Shown here: positions 49,309-59,674 of the stretch, piece after piece | Position numbering within the stretch: position 1 is the first letter of the stretch | Layout of the letters: each line of letters begins with the position of its first letter | Assembly: GCA_043827405.1 (NCBI GenBank) | Contig: JBDRPD010000039.1 | Location: 32,001 to 96,000, forward strand | Direction: 5' to 3' | Origin: Elusimicrobiota bacterium | Lineage (GTDB): Bacteria; Elusimicrobiota; Elusimicrobia; UBA1565 | Length of the DNA: 64,000 bases | The notes under the pieces: generated by a model | What the model was told of the DNA's origin: nothing | Seen by the model: the letters and a program-made list of their open reading frames with translations, nothing else | Database searches by the model: none | Translations under genes and position numbers: made by a program

Positions 49309-50067
49309 TCACTCCACCCGGATGAGATCGTCGGACGCGCCGTCCTGATCGAGCAGGAACCGGACGTAGATATCCATCCGGCTGTCCATGGAGCTCCAGC
49401 GCTTGTAGATGCGGCCGCGCCGGTCGAGGATGATGGTCGTCGGGATTTCGTTGACCCCGTAGAGTTTCGATATCGCCGAATGCTTACCCGAGCGGTCCCA
49501 TATCTGCGGCCAGGCGATGCCGTACTTCGCGAGCGCCGCTGCAAGATCGGCGCGCGTCTTGTCGGTGTTGATGCCGAGAATGACGAGCCCGCGGTCCGCG
49601 TGCTCGGCATGGAGCTTTTTTAGGTCGGGGATGAGCTTGACGCAGGGAGCGCACCAGCTGGCCCAGAAGTCCAGGATCACGACCTTGCCGTGCAGCGAGG
49701 CGAGCGATACTTCTGCGCCGCGCAGGTCGCGGGCGCGGAAATCCGGCGCCGCCGGCAGCTCCGAGTTGTAGCGCCGGCGCATCAGGAAGCCGTCGACGGC
49801 GTCGCAGCTCTTGTACAGCAGCAGCGCCGCGGCCAGAAGGACGAAGGGAATAAGCAGGGCTTTTAGCCAGCCTCCGAGCGAGCGCCGCTTGCGCTCTCTC
49901 TCCGCTTCCTGATCCAGCCGCGCCTCACGTTTCGCAAGGCATTGCGGGCAGTAGATGCTTCCCTGCCAGGCGGCGGCCCCGCATTCGGTGCAGAGCCGCC
50001 GCCCGCAGGCGGCGCAATCCCACTTGACGGGCTGGCCGGGATGACTGTTGCATTCGCCGCCGCTCAT
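49309..50067 (-). CDS. TlpA/ResA-like thiol-disulfide oxidoreductase with N-terminal B-box-like Zn finger and TM helix
   Basis: LDFWASWCAPC; N-terminal C..H-C..C-C..C-C..C; start MSGGEC 6 nt after TACAAC. Confidence 0.85.
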   Translation of the reverse strand: MSGGECNSHPGQPVKWDCAACGRRLCTECGAAAWQGSIYCPQCLAKREARLDQEAERERKRRSLGGWLKALLIPFVLLAAALLLYKSCDAVDGFLMRRRYNSELPAAPDFRARDLRGAEVSLASLHGKVVILDFWASWCAPCVKLIPDLKKLHAEHADRGLVILGINTDKTRADLAAALAKYGIAWPQIWDRSGKHSAISKLYGVNEIPTTIILDRRGRIYKRWSSMDSRMDIYVRFLLDQDGASDDLIRVE

Positions 50068-50149
50068 GGTTCCGTTGTAGCAAATCCTCGGCCCGGCGCC
50101 GCTTATTATTGGGTACAATAACCTTCTAATTCCATCCAGGAGCCTGTTT

Positions 50150-51433
50150 ATGAGCGAAAAACACCCGTACTCAGCAGATTTCGAGAAAGCGCTGGAAGTC
50201 GGGCGCCCGCCGAACGTCAAGAAGCTGTTCCCCAATTCCAAGGCGCTGATCGTCAGCGGCAAAGTCATCGATCGCGCCCTGCTCAAGAAGGGCAAGGCGA
50301 TGACCATCGCCGCCAACGGGCGCAACAACCTCGTCATCCGCGGCGCCCTGAAGGCCGCCCAGCGGGCGAACGCGGCGCTGCTCATCGAGATCGCCAAATC
50401 GGAGGGCGGCACCGCCGCCTACTGCGCGCCGGGCCTGTGGGTCCTGGCGCGTCAGGTCGACGCCGCCTGCAACGAGCTCGGCATCACGGTTCCGGTCGCG
50501 GTCCACGCCGACCACTACGGCGTCAAGAAGGAGGCGGATATCGAGCAGGCCAAGACCGAGATTCCGACCTTGTTTGAGGCGGGGATTACCTCGATCGCCA
50601 TCGACGCCTCGCATATGCCCGATGACCAGAACCTGCTGGCCAGCCTCGAGCTCGCCAAGTTCGTGCCTTCGTGGGCGGGCTACGAAACCGAGGTCGGCGA
50701 GATCAAGGGCGACGAAGGGCTGTCCACCAAGGAGGAGGCGCTGTTTTTGATCCGGGGGCTCAACGCCCACGGCATACATCCGGACTGGATCGCCCTCAAC
50801 AACGGCTCCAGCCACGGCATTGAGGCCAGCGCCTCCGGCATCGACGTGCGGCTGACCAAAGAGATCCACGACGCCGTCGCCCCCTACCAGCTCTCCGGCG
50901 CCCAGCACGGCACCTCGGGCAACAGCTCCGAGCGCCTGCTGGAGATCGCGGGACAAACCAATACCACCAAAGCCAACGTCGCGACCGCGCTGCAGATGCT
51001 GTCCTGGGGTGTGGAGGTCAACGACTACGGCAACGCCGAGCTCGACGCCGACGGCAACTTCAAAAAGGACAAGGCCGCCGGCGTGACCGAAGCGCTGTGG
51101 AGCGAGATGGTCGCCTACGCGGCGAAGCAGGGCTGGAAAGGCGGCAACTACAAGAAGCTGAACCTGCCGTTCGAGAACAAGCTGCTGTCCCAGCCCCAGG
51201 AAATCCGCGAGCGCTGCGAGAAGGGCGTCGAGGACTTCGTCTATCACCTGTTGGTCGATGTCTTCAACGCCAAGGACACCGCGCCGCTCGGCATTCAGGC
51301 GATCCTCGAAGCCGGCTCGTATGACCTCGGACCCAAAGGGAAGAAGATCGAGGATCCGACGAACTGGACCAAGGATAAGATCGAAGCCAACGCCCCCAAT
51401 AAGGCGGTCAGCGCCGGCAACTACGACGACTGA
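50150..51433 (+). CDS. Class II fructose-bisphosphate aldolase
   Basis: EIAKSEG, VHADH, IDASH, ETEVGEI, NNGSSHG, AQHGTSG, KANVAT; AGGAG SD. Confidence 0.9.
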   Translation: MSEKHPYSADFEKALEVGRPPNVKKLFPNSKALIVSGKVIDRALLKKGKAMTIAANGRNNLVIRGALKAAQRANAALLIEIAKSEGGTAAYCAPGLWVLARQVDAACNELGITVPVAVHADHYGVKKEADIEQAKTEIPTLFEAGITSIAIDASHMPDDQNLLASLELAKFVPSWAGYETEVGEIKGDEGLSTKEEALFLIRGLNAHGIHPDWIALNNGSSHGIEASASGIDVRLTKEIHDAVAPYQLSGAQHGTSGNSSERLLEIAGQTNTTKANVATALQMLSWGVEVNDYGNAELDADGNFKKDKAAGVTEALWSEMVAYAAKQGWKGGNYKKLNLPFENKLLSQPQEIRERCEKGVEDFVYHLLVDVFNAKDTAPLGIQAILEAGSYDLGPKGKKIEDPTNWTKDKIEANAPNKAVSAGNYDD

Positions 51434-51437
51434 GCGC

Positions 51438-52682
51438 TCAGCGGCTCTTTAGCGCGCCTTTGACCACGCGTACGGTGTCGCGGGCGATGATCAGCTCTTC
51501 GTTGGTAGGCAGGACGTAGAGCTTGATCTTGGAGCCGGCGGCCGAGAACAGCCCCGACGCGCCCGGCTTGAGCCGGCTGTTCCGCTGCCGGTCCAGCTTG
51601 ATGCCGAGATGCTCGAGGTCGGCGCAGACCCGCTCCCGGATCGGCGGCGAGTTCTCGCCCACGCCGCCGGTGAAGCAGATCGCGCGGCACTCCTTGAGCT
51701 CGGCCAGGTAGGCGCCGATATAGCGCCGCACCCGCCGGCAGAATATGCTGACCGCCAGATGCGCGCGCCGGTCCTTCTTCTCGCTCTCCTCTTCCAGGAG
51801 CTCGCGCATGTCGCTGGTCATCCCGGAAAGGCCGAGCAGCCCTGACTGCTTGTTGAGCAGGTTGTCGATCTGCTGCAGGCTCATGCCTTCTTTATGCGCG
51901 AGAAAGTCGATAATGGATGGGTCCATGTCGCCCGCGCGCGTGCCCATGACCAGGCCCTCGAGCGGGGTGAAGCCCATGGAGGTGTCGTAGGATTTGCCGC
52001 TCTTGATGGCGCAGGCGGAGGCGCCGTTGCCGAGATGCAAAGTGATGATGTTCACCTGCTCGGGCTTGAGCTTGTTCAGCTTACGGTAGCGGTAGGCCAC
52101 GTAGCGGTGCGAGGTCCCGTGGAAGCCGTAGCGCCGTATCTTATACCGGCGGTAGAGCTGGTAGGGAATGCCGTAAAGAAAGGAGTCCGGAGGCATGGTC
52201 TGGTGAAATGCGGTGTCGAAGACCGCTACCTGGGCTACCCCTTCGCCGAAGATCTGCTGGGCGGCCTGGATGCCCTTGATATTGGCCGGATTATGCAGCG
52301 GCGCCAGCTCGATGCAGTCCTCAAGGCCCTCCACGACTTCCGGCGTGATGCGGACCGAGCCGCTGAAGCGTTCGGCGCCGTGCACCACCCGGTGGCCGAC
52401 CGCGTGGATGTCCGCCACCGAGCGGATGCTCTCGATTCGCGACTCCTCGGAGATAATCCAGCGCAGGACGAAGTCGATGGCCTCGCGGTGATCGCGCAGC
52501 GGCATCGCCTTCTTCTCCCTGCCGCCGTTCACTTCGAGGGTGATCAGGCAGCGGCCTCCGATGCGCTCAATCACGCCGCGGGCGATGCGGCGGTCCCGGT
52601 CCTGCTCTATGAGCTTGAGGTCGGTGTCGATGATCTGGAACTTGAGGGTCGAGGATCCGCAGTTGAGTACGAGGATGTTCAT
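51438..52682 (-). CDS. ackA: Acetate kinase
   Basis: MNILVLNCGSST, GHRVVHG, APLHN, FDTAFH, YGFHGTSH, HLGNG, TNEE; TAATG overlap with glgP. Confidence 0.96.
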   Translation of the reverse strand: MNILVLNCGSSTLKFQIIDTDLKLIEQDRDRRIARGVIERIGGRCLITLEVNGGREKKAMPLRDHREAIDFVLRWIISEESRIESIRSVADIHAVGHRVVHGAERFSGSVRITPEVVEGLEDCIELAPLHNPANIKGIQAAQQIFGEGVAQVAVFDTAFHQTMPPDSFLYGIPYQLYRRYKIRRYGFHGTSHRYVAYRYRKLNKLKPEQVNIITLHLGNGASACAIKSGKSYDTSMGFTPLEGLVMGTRAGDMDPSIIDFLAHKEGMSLQQIDNLLNKQSGLLGLSGMTSDMRELLEEESEKKDRRAHLAVSIFCRRVRRYIGAYLAELKECRAICFTGGVGENSPPIRERVCADLEHLGIKLDRQRNSRLKPGASGLFSAAGSKIKLYVLPTNEELIIARDTVRVVKGALKSR

Positions 52683-55171
52683 TAGGTTCCTCGGCAGGGG
52701 ACGTCCCATATTTCACGCGCGTAGTCCCGGATCGTCCGGTCGCTGGAGAAGCGCGCGGAGCGCGCGACGTTGAGGATGGAGGATTTTGTCCAAGCCGTCT
52801 GGTCCCGGTAGCGGTTCTCCGCGTCCTCCTGGGCGGTTAGGTAGTCGTCGAAGTCGGCGAACACCATATAGGTGTCGTAGCGCATCAGCGAGTCCATCAG
52901 CGGCATGAACAAGCCGGTCTCCTTGTTCGAGAAGAAGTCCGAGATGACGAGCTTGAGCACCCGCTGCAGCTCCGCCGACCTCTCCAGCCGGCTCCCGGGG
53001 CTGTAGCCCTCGGCTTTAAGCCGCCGTACTTCGTCGGCCTTCAGCCCGAAGAGGAACATGTTCTTGTCGCCGACTTCTTCGTGGATCTCGACGTTGGCTC
53101 CGTCGAGCGTCCCGATCGTCAGGGTGCCGTTCATCATGAACTTCATATTGCCCGTGCCGGAAGCCTCGTAGCCGGCGGTGGATATCTGCTCGGAGAGGTC
53201 GGCCGCCGGGATGACCCGCTGGGCCAGGCTCACGCGGTAGTCTTCCAGGAAGATGACCTTGAGCCGGTCGCTCACCGTCGGGTCGCCGTTGATGACTTCG
53301 GCGATGGAGTTGATGAACTTGATGATCAGCTTGGCGGCGCCGTAGCCCGGCGCGGCTTTGCCGCCGAAGATCGCCGTGCGCGGCGTGTAGTCGCCGCCGG
53401 GATCGGTCTTTATGCGCAGGTAGTGGTGGATGAGGTAGAGCGCGAACATCACCTGCCGCTTGTATTCGTGGATGCGCTTGATCTGCACGTCGAAGATCGA
53501 CTGCGGGTCCACCGCCAGCCCGGACTTTTGCGCGATGTAGGTTGCGAAGTCGCACTTGTTGGCGCGCTTTACCTCGCGCCAGGCGTCGCGGAAGGCCGCG
53601 TCCTCCTTGAGCGGCAGGATGCGCTTGATGTCGGAGAGGTCGTTGATCCAGTGCTCGCCGATCGACTCGGTGAGCAAAGACGAGAGGCGCGGGTTGGCTT
53701 CCAGAATCCAGCGCCGCGGGGTGACGCCGTTGGTCTTGTTGTTGAAGCGTTCCGGGTACATCTGGTGAAAGTCCTTGAACAGCGTCTTGGTCAGCAGGTC
53801 CGAGTGGAGGGCCGAGACGCCGTTAACCGAGAGGCTGCCCACGATGCTCAGGTGCGACATGCGCACCCGCTGCGGTTCGCCCTCATCGATCAGCGACATC
53901 CGCCGCATGCGGTCTATGTCGCCGACAAAGCGATCGGCGACGTCGCGCAGGAAGCGGCCGTTGATCTCATAGATGATCTCCAGGTGGCGGGGGAGCAGCT
54001 TGCCGAGAATCGGGATGCGCCAGGTCTCCAGCGCTTCCGGCAGCAAGGTGTGGTTGGTGTAGGCGAAGCAGCCGCGGGTGATCTCCCAGGCTTCATCCCA
54101 CTCCAGGCCTTCCTCGTCGAGCAGGATGCGCATCAGCTCCGGCACCGCCAGCGAGGGATGGGTGTCGTTGAGCTGAATGACGACCTTCTTCGGCAGCTCG
54201 TGGAGGTCGGCGTTGTGCGCCTTGAAGCGGCGGAGGATGTCGGCCAAAGACGCGGCGCAAAAGAAGTACTCCTGCTTGAGGCGGAGCTCGCGGCCGGCGA
54301 TCATGCTGTCTTCCGGGTAGAGGACCTTGGTGATGTTCTCCGACAGGATCTTGCGGTCGTAGGCCTGCATATAATTGCCCTTGTTGAAGTCCTTCAGATC
54401 CAGTTCTTCCGTTCCCTTGGCCGACCACAGGCGCAGCGTGTTGACTACGCCGTTGCGGTAGCCGGCGACCGGGAAGTCGAAGGGCATGGCAAGCACGGCG
54501 TCGGTGCCTGTCCATTTTACGCGCAGGCGGCCTTGGTCGTCGGTGCGGTGCTCGGTGCGGCCGTAGAAGCGCACCCGGATGGTGTATTCGGGGCGGCCGA
54601 TCGCCCAGGGGGTGCCCAGGCTCAGCCATTTGTCGGGCACCTCCATCTGATGGCCGTTGACGATTTTTTGCTGAAAGATGCCGTAGTTGTAGAAGATGCC
54701 GTAACCGATCGCCGGCAGGCCCAAAGTGGCCATGGAGTCCATAAAGCAGGCCGCCAGGCGGCCGAGGCCTCCGTTGCCGAGGGCGGCGTCGTGTTCCTGC
54801 TCGCACAGGTCCTCGTATTTCAGGCCGTAAGCGGAAAGCGCCTTGCGCAGGGGCTCCTCGATGCTGAGGTTGGAGACGCAGTGGTTGAGCAGGCGGCCGA
54901 TCAGAAACTCCATCGACAGGTAGTAGACGCGCTTGCGGTTGCTTTTGTGATAGCCCTGCTGGGTCTTGATCCAGCGTTTGAACAGGCGGTCGCGCACGGT
55001 CAGCGCGGCGCTCATGAAATTGTCATGGTCGGTCGCGGTGTATCTGTCTTTGGCCAGCGACAGCCGGCGGCGTTCCCGGAACGAGAGCTCAAGGCTGTGG
55101 GCGGTCAAGTCCTCCTCGACATCCTGCTCGCTGTGCATATTGTGTTTGCGGGTTGCTTTGGTTTTTGCCAT
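52682..55171 (-). CDS. glgP: Glycogen/alpha-glucan phosphorylase
   Basis: LGNGGLGRLAACF, LRLKQEYF, QLNDTHP, KRIHEYKRQ, EASGTGNMKF. Confidence 0.97.
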   Translation of the reverse strand: MAKTKATRKHNMHSEQDVEEDLTAHSLELSFRERRRLSLAKDRYTATDHDNFMSAALTVRDRLFKRWIKTQQGYHKSNRKRVYYLSMEFLIGRLLNHCVSNLSIEEPLRKALSAYGLKYEDLCEQEHDAALGNGGLGRLAACFMDSMATLGLPAIGYGIFYNYGIFQQKIVNGHQMEVPDKWLSLGTPWAIGRPEYTIRVRFYGRTEHRTDDQGRLRVKWTGTDAVLAMPFDFPVAGYRNGVVNTLRLWSAKGTEELDLKDFNKGNYMQAYDRKILSENITKVLYPEDSMIAGRELRLKQEYFFCAASLADILRRFKAHNADLHELPKKVVIQLNDTHPSLAVPELMRILLDEEGLEWDEAWEITRGCFAYTNHTLLPEALETWRIPILGKLLPRHLEIIYEINGRFLRDVADRFVGDIDRMRRMSLIDEGEPQRVRMSHLSIVGSLSVNGVSALHSDLLTKTLFKDFHQMYPERFNNKTNGVTPRRWILEANPRLSSLLTESIGEHWINDLSDIKRILPLKEDAAFRDAWREVKRANKCDFATYIAQKSGLAVDPQSIFDVQIKRIHEYKRQVMFALYLIHHYLRIKTDPGGDYTPRTAIFGGKAAPGYGAAKLIIKFINSIAEVINGDPTVSDRLKVIFLEDYRVSLAQRVIPAADLSEQISTAGYEASGTGNMKFMMNGTLTIGTLDGANVEIHEEVGDKNMFLFGLKADEVRRLKAEGYSPGSRLERSAELQRVLKLVISDFFSNKETGLFMPLMDSLMRYDTYMVFADFDDYLTAQEDAENRYRDQTAWTKSSILNVARSARFSSDRTIRDYAREIWDVPCRGT

Positions 55172-55229
55172 GGCCTGCTCCGTCGGAGTGATTTATACGT
55201 ACAGCATATAGAGTTTCGCGCGGGGGTGT

Positions 55230-56096
55230 CTAGAAGCGGTACTGGAGCCCGGCGGAAACGTGGCCGATGGCGGATTCGATGATCGGCGTGGAACGAGAGG
55301 TAAATCCGGCGCTGCCCTCGACGTAGCCGGTAAGGGGATGCTTCCAATGGGTCTCGAAGCCGACGCCGGCCTGCAAAGCGCCGAAGATGCGGGTGCCGGT
55401 GACGCCGGAATAGGTGTAGGCGGGAGCGTTGGTTTCGACGTGGGTGTCGAGCTTCCATAAGTAGCCGGAGGCGTTGAGCTTGATGTAGAACCAGCGCCCG
55501 GCTTTGATATCGAAGCCGAGCCAGTAGATGTCGGTGGCGACGATCTCGCGGACGTAGACGCCGCCCGCGACGATTTCGTTGGTCTTGTAGGTGTCCCAGA
55601 CGCGGCCGAAGACCATGTCAACGCCGCCCAGGTTGTAGTCGAGGCTGTGGATCGCGACCTGAAAACCGGTGCCGGCGGTCTTGGGCCGGGCCTGCCAGGA
55701 GATGCGGCTGAAGGAGGGGGACTGAAAGTCGGTCTTAAGCTGGGTCCAGACGCGGATTCGGGTATAGCCGGCGGAGATGGCCGCCTTGTTTAGGGAGCTG
55801 GGAGCCTTGAGGCGCATGTTCTCGCTGTCGAAAAAGGCGTCGTCGATCGACTGCGGGGCGCCGTCGCTGTCGAGGTCGTCGGGGCTGGAAAGCAGGGTCC
55901 CGATGACGGTCTCGAGGATCTGGGTTCCGAGGTTGGCGGCGCTGTCGGCGCTGCTCAGGGTTCCGTGGGTTTTGAGGTCGGACTTGGCGCGCGCGACCTT
56001 GCCGCTTTTGCTGCGTGTCGTGGCTGTGCGCTTGAAGGCGGCCTGGGCGGGGAGGGACATGACGAGAATAAGCGCCGCGAAGACTGCCCGGTTCAT
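55230..56096 (-). CDS. Secreted, probable outer-membrane beta-barrel protein
   Basis: Signal peptide MNRAVFAAL..AQA; alternating beta strands; C-terminal GLQYRF; CATACT 6 nt before ATG. Confidence 0.72.
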   Translation of the reverse strand: MNRAVFAALILVMSLPAQAAFKRTATTRSKSGKVARAKSDLKTHGTLSSADSAANLGTQILETVIGTLLSSPDDLDSDGAPQSIDDAFFDSENMRLKAPSSLNKAAISAGYTRIRVWTQLKTDFQSPSFSRISWQARPKTAGTGFQVAIHSLDYNLGGVDMVFGRVWDTYKTNEIVAGGVYVREIVATDIYWLGFDIKAGRWFYIKLNASGYLWKLDTHVETNAPAYTYSGVTGTRIFGALQAGVGFETHWKHPLTGYVEGSAGFTSRSTPIIESAIGHVSAGLQYRF

Positions 56097-56175
56097 GACG
56101 GGAGTATGGTACCTATTCTTCGGCGGCGTTTCTCCATGCTCGCCAGGAGGTGCCAGGTATGATAATCGCGGCCGA

Positions 56176-57663
56176 TCACAGATAGGGAGAGAGCAAACGG
56201 GCAGCGGAGTCCCTGAGCCGCACAAGCAGGTTGCGCCCCAGTAAATCTTCACGGCGCAGCTCCTTGGCCGAACTGCGTTTATCCTCGATGAGCTTCTCCA
56301 ATTCCCCGGCGAGATCGCGTCCGTAGCATTCCAGGTCGAACTCGAAGTTGAGCGTCAGGCTCCTTGAGTCCCAATTTCCCGAACCCAGAAGGACCCACGA
56401 GGAATCCACAATCATGAGCTTGGAGTGGTCGAACGGGGCCGGTGTCAGCCAAATCCTGCAACGGTGGCTCAGCAGTTCCGGCAGCAGGGGGGTGGACGCC
56501 CATTGAACGAGTCTCAGGTTGGAGCGTTCCGGCAGTATGATGTCTACCCGGATGCCGGTCATGGCCGCCACCGACAGCGCTGTAGCCAAGGCCTCGTCCG
56601 GAAGAAAATAGGGCGTCACCACCGCCACCGAACGCTCGGCGCACTCCAGGGCTCCCAACAGCGTCCAGCGCAGCTTGTCAAAGTCCTCGTCGGGGCCGTC
56701 CGCGATGGCGCGCACTACGGTATTGCCGGCCGGGCGCAGTTGCGGAAACCAGGATTCTCCGGACAACTGCTCGCCCGTTGCGCACAGCCAGTCCTCGGCG
56801 AAAACCTCCTGCATCTCCGCGACAACCGGCCCTTCGACCTTGAAGTGCAGGTCGCGCACTTTCGGGCGGTCGTCGCCATCCGACAGGCAGTTCTGGTCGA
56901 TGTTCATCCCGCCGGTGAAGCCCGTCCTGCCGTCGACCACCATGATCTTTCTGTGGTTGCGCAGGTTCATGTACGGCATGCGCCACGGAGCATACGTGGG
57001 CATGAAGCGCGCGACACGCACGCCCGCGCGCTGAAGAGAGGAGGTGATGGGAGGCATGGAGTAGCGCGCGCCGACCGCGTCAAGCAGGACGCGGATCCGG
57101 ATGCCGCGCCGCACGGCGCTCGCCAGAGCGCTTTTGAACTCGGAGCCCGCCCGGTCGTTGGCGAAGATGTAGGATGCCAGAGTTATCGAGCGTTCTGCCT
57201 TGTTGATGGCTTGTATCATGGCGGGATAAGCTTGGTCCCCGCCCAAGAGGGGGACGATGCGGTTTTTGGACAGCAGCGGCCGGCGCGTCAGCCGATCCGT
57301 CATTTTCGCCAGCGAGAACATTCGCCCGTGATTCGCTCCGACCGCGTCGAGGATCTCCCGCTCCCCCGCAGGTTCGCAGCAGTCGGCGAAGCGGAGCATG
57401 CTCGCGTTTTTGCGCAGCCGGGCCGCTTTGCGCCGAATCCGATTTATTCCGAACAGCAGATAAAGCACCGCGCCCAATACCGGCGCAAGCCAAATGAGGC
57501 CGATCCAGCCGGTCGCGGCCCGGGTGTCGCGCTTGTTCAGCAGCACATGCATCGAGGCGGCCAGGGCCATGACGAGGGTGAGAAAGCCGATGAAATGAGG
57601 AGAGAAGTCGTGGAGAAGACCGGCCGTCGTTGTGAGTAGGTCGCTGAGCATCGGGACTTGCAT
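56176..57663 (-). CDS. cls: Cardiolipin synthase (phospholipase D family)
   Basis: Two N-terminal TM helices, RNHRKIMVVDG and HSKLMIVD HKD motifs, TPYFLP; start uncertain (57663 or 57651). Confidence 0.92.
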   Translation of the reverse strand: MQVPMLSDLLTTTAGLLHDFSPHFIGFLTLVMALAASMHVLLNKRDTRAATGWIGLIWLAPVLGAVLYLLFGINRIRRKAARLRKNASMLRFADCCEPAGEREILDAVGANHGRMFSLAKMTDRLTRRPLLSKNRIVPLLGGDQAYPAMIQAINKAERSITLASYIFANDRAGSEFKSALASAVRRGIRIRVLLDAVGARYSMPPITSSLQRAGVRVARFMPTYAPWRMPYMNLRNHRKIMVVDGRTGFTGGMNIDQNCLSDGDDRPKVRDLHFKVEGPVVAEMQEVFAEDWLCATGEQLSGESWFPQLRPAGNTVVRAIADGPDEDFDKLRWTLLGALECAERSVAVVTPYFLPDEALATALSVAAMTGIRVDIILPERSNLRLVQWASTPLLPELLSHRCRIWLTPAPFDHSKLMIVDSSWVLLGSGNWDSRSLTLNFEFDLECYGRDLAGELEKLIEDKRSSAKELRREDLLGRNLLVRLRDSAARLLSPYL

Positions 57664-57757
57664 TACTGCACCTAAAGTCAGTGTAGCTATTTGGTAGGGT
57701 GGTTGTTGTATTGTGAGCAGATGAGAGCGCGTGACCAACGGCAGCCAAAAGTGTTGA

Positions 57758-58624
57758 ATGTCATCTGAACAGCAGTTGGAGAGTTTGCGCAGCTTTGCTG
57801 CGCCATTCTCAGTCCGGCGCCAATTGCGCCGGCTGGCTGAGCGCCCGCTTGACGCGGGCGGGACTTTGCGCTTCGCGGTGATAGGCGACTGCGAGCCTGG
57901 ACGATTTTGGCTCAGTCGAGCGATGTTCGGCGCGCCGGGGGTCTTCCCTCGGCTCATGGATCTTATTGCGGATGACGGCGTGGAATTCGTCGTTCAGCTT
58001 GGAGATATGGTCAGCCGCGGCACTTTGCCCAACTACGCGCGGCTCTTCGCAACCCTCGCGGAGTTCAACCAGCGAATCCCGTTTCTTCCAGTGCCCGGCA
58101 ATCATGAGCGCAGGTCGCCGCATTTTCGGTCGGATTCGAGCCTTTTTCGCGCTTTCTTCGGGAAGAGCAATTATGCGTTCGACTGCGGCCCGGCGAGGTT
58201 TATCGTCCTGGACACCAGCGACCGGCGGCTGACCCAGCTTCAGCTTTCATGGTTGGATAGGGCGCTGCGTACCCCGCTGAAGAAGCTGGTTTTTTCGCAT
58301 TTTCCGCCCACCTGTATTCGGGAATGGACGTCCATGTTTCGGATCCCGACTTCGGCGTGCTTCCGCAAGGGAGCCGAGGCTTTCGCAAGGCTCGTATCCG
58401 AACGGAGCGTCGACCGAGTGTATGTGGGGCATATCCACGCCCTGGCATGTACGAGGCACCGGGGTGTGCAGTACGTCCTTTCCGGAGGAGGCGGTTCCCC
58501 GCTCTATCCTTGGCCAGCGGGTGAAAGGAGCCATCACTATCTGCTGGTCAGCGTTAATGAGCTGGGCATTAGCGAGGAAGTCCGATACCTCGGTGGAAGG
58601 TCTAGATCGCTGGATGTCTCATAG
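57758..58624 (+). CDS. Calcineurin-like metallophosphoesterase
   Basis: VIGD, LGDMV, PGNHE, FSH, GHIH, SGGGG. Confidence 0.88.
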   Translation: MSSEQQLESLRSFAAPFSVRRQLRRLAERPLDAGGTLRFAVIGDCEPGRFWLSRAMFGAPGVFPRLMDLIADDGVEFVVQLGDMVSRGTLPNYARLFATLAEFNQRIPFLPVPGNHERRSPHFRSDSSLFRAFFGKSNYAFDCGPARFIVLDTSDRRLTQLQLSWLDRALRTPLKKLVFSHFPPTCIREWTSMFRIPTSACFRKGAEAFARLVSERSVDRVYVGHIHALACTRHRGVQYVLSGGGGSPLYPWPAGERSHHYLLVSVNELGISEEVRYLGGRSRSLDVS

Positions 58625-58684
58625 CTCGCTGGGGCGCCATCCTTGGGACGCAGCATGCGGATCGCCCTCTCCAGTTTGCCCGCA

Positions 58685-58752
58685 TAGGTCTTTAGTCCCA
58701 GAAAACGGTGGGACTTTTTCACCTTTCGCTTTCCCCCAATAGCCCACATACT
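58685..58752 (+). promoter_or_regulatory. Tandem GGNC-N4-GNCC boxes plus -10 (shared promoter, copy 5)
   Basis: GGTC-TTTA-GTCC at 58687, GGAC-TTTT-TCAC at 58711, CATACT at 58747, ATG at 58759. Confidence 0.68.
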
Positions 58753-58758
58753 GGGAGC

Positions 58759-59613
58759 ATGAGCAAGCGGGGCTTCATCCTGACCTTCTGCCTAACCCTC
58801 AGCCTGGTCGGCTGCCGGGAAAAGGGGGACAAAGCCGAGAGCTGCGGCGACTCGTCCCCGCGCGCCTATGCCGCCAATAGCAAGGAGGCATCCGCCTCCG
58901 ACACCTCCCAAGCGCAGAGCCGGTTGGGAAGCGCCGGGCAATCCGCCGTCCAGGCCCGCTCTCTCGGTAGCGGCGCCGCGGCGGACGCGGAGTCGCTCCG
59001 CCACAATGCTTCCAGGACCTTTGACGGTGCCGGCAGCCTGTCCGGCCTAACGCGCAACTCGGCCGTCTACGCCGGAGGGACCTCCAGCTATCCGCCGCGG
59101 CCGGAGCTGAAGATGCAGCAGCCCCGCAAGTTCCGGAGCTCGGCCCAGGAGCCGCCGTCCCCGCAGCTCGGCGCCGCCGGCGCCGGGAGCCTCTCGATCC
59201 GCAACGATCTGGGAGAGAAAATTACCGTCGCCTACAAGAACGCCGCCGGCCGCATCAACGCGGGCGCGCTGCAGCAGATCAGCCGCATCTTCCGCGATGA
59301 AAGGAACGGGAAGTACCGCGCCGTCCCGGTCGGCCTGGTGGACACCCTGGCCAAGATCCAGCAGCGGTTCGGAAACAAGACCATCCATCTCGTCAGCGGC
59401 TACCGCAGCCCGGAGACCAACAGCAAGCTGCGCCAGAGCAGCAAGAAGGTCGCCAAGAACAGCCTGCACATGCAGGGTATCGCCGCCGACATCCAGATCC
59501 CCGGGGTCTCGAGCTACGCCGTCGCCAAGTACGCCAAATCCCTCAAGGCCGGCGGGGTGGGGACGTACTCGACCTTCGTGCACGTCGACATCGGCGGCGT
59601 ACGCTACTGGTAG
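58759..59613 (+). CDS. Lipoprotein with YcbK/DUF882 peptidase M15 domain
   Basis: Lipobox LVGC; SGYRSPETN, VAKNSLHMQGIAAD, GGVGTY, FVHVDIG.VRYW. Confidence 0.9.
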   Translation: MSKRGFILTFCLTLSLVGCREKGDKAESCGDSSPRAYAANSKEASASDTSQAQSRLGSAGQSAVQARSLGSGAAADAESLRHNASRTFDGAGSLSGLTRNSAVYAGGTSSYPPRPELKMQQPRKFRSSAQEPPSPQLGAAGAGSLSIRNDLGEKITVAYKNAAGRINAGALQQISRIFRDERNGKYRAVPVGLVDTLAKIQQRFGNKTIHLVSGYRSPETNSKLRQSSKKVAKNSLHMQGIAADIQIPGVSSYAVAKYAKSLKAGGVGTYSTFVHVDIGGVRYW

Positions 59614-59674
59614 CGCCTTCCCGCCGATTCAGCCCTGTTAAATTTGCCCGCAGGGCAAGGCGCTGGTCGGACGT

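Noticed and set aside
49309..50412. Over-long ORF-track starts (also 17772-19535, 36400, 48369, 55230-56252, 56176-57957, 60283-62070)
   Set aside because: The extensions overlap neighbouring real genes or promoters; internal starts have -10 or SD signals or coupling overlaps.
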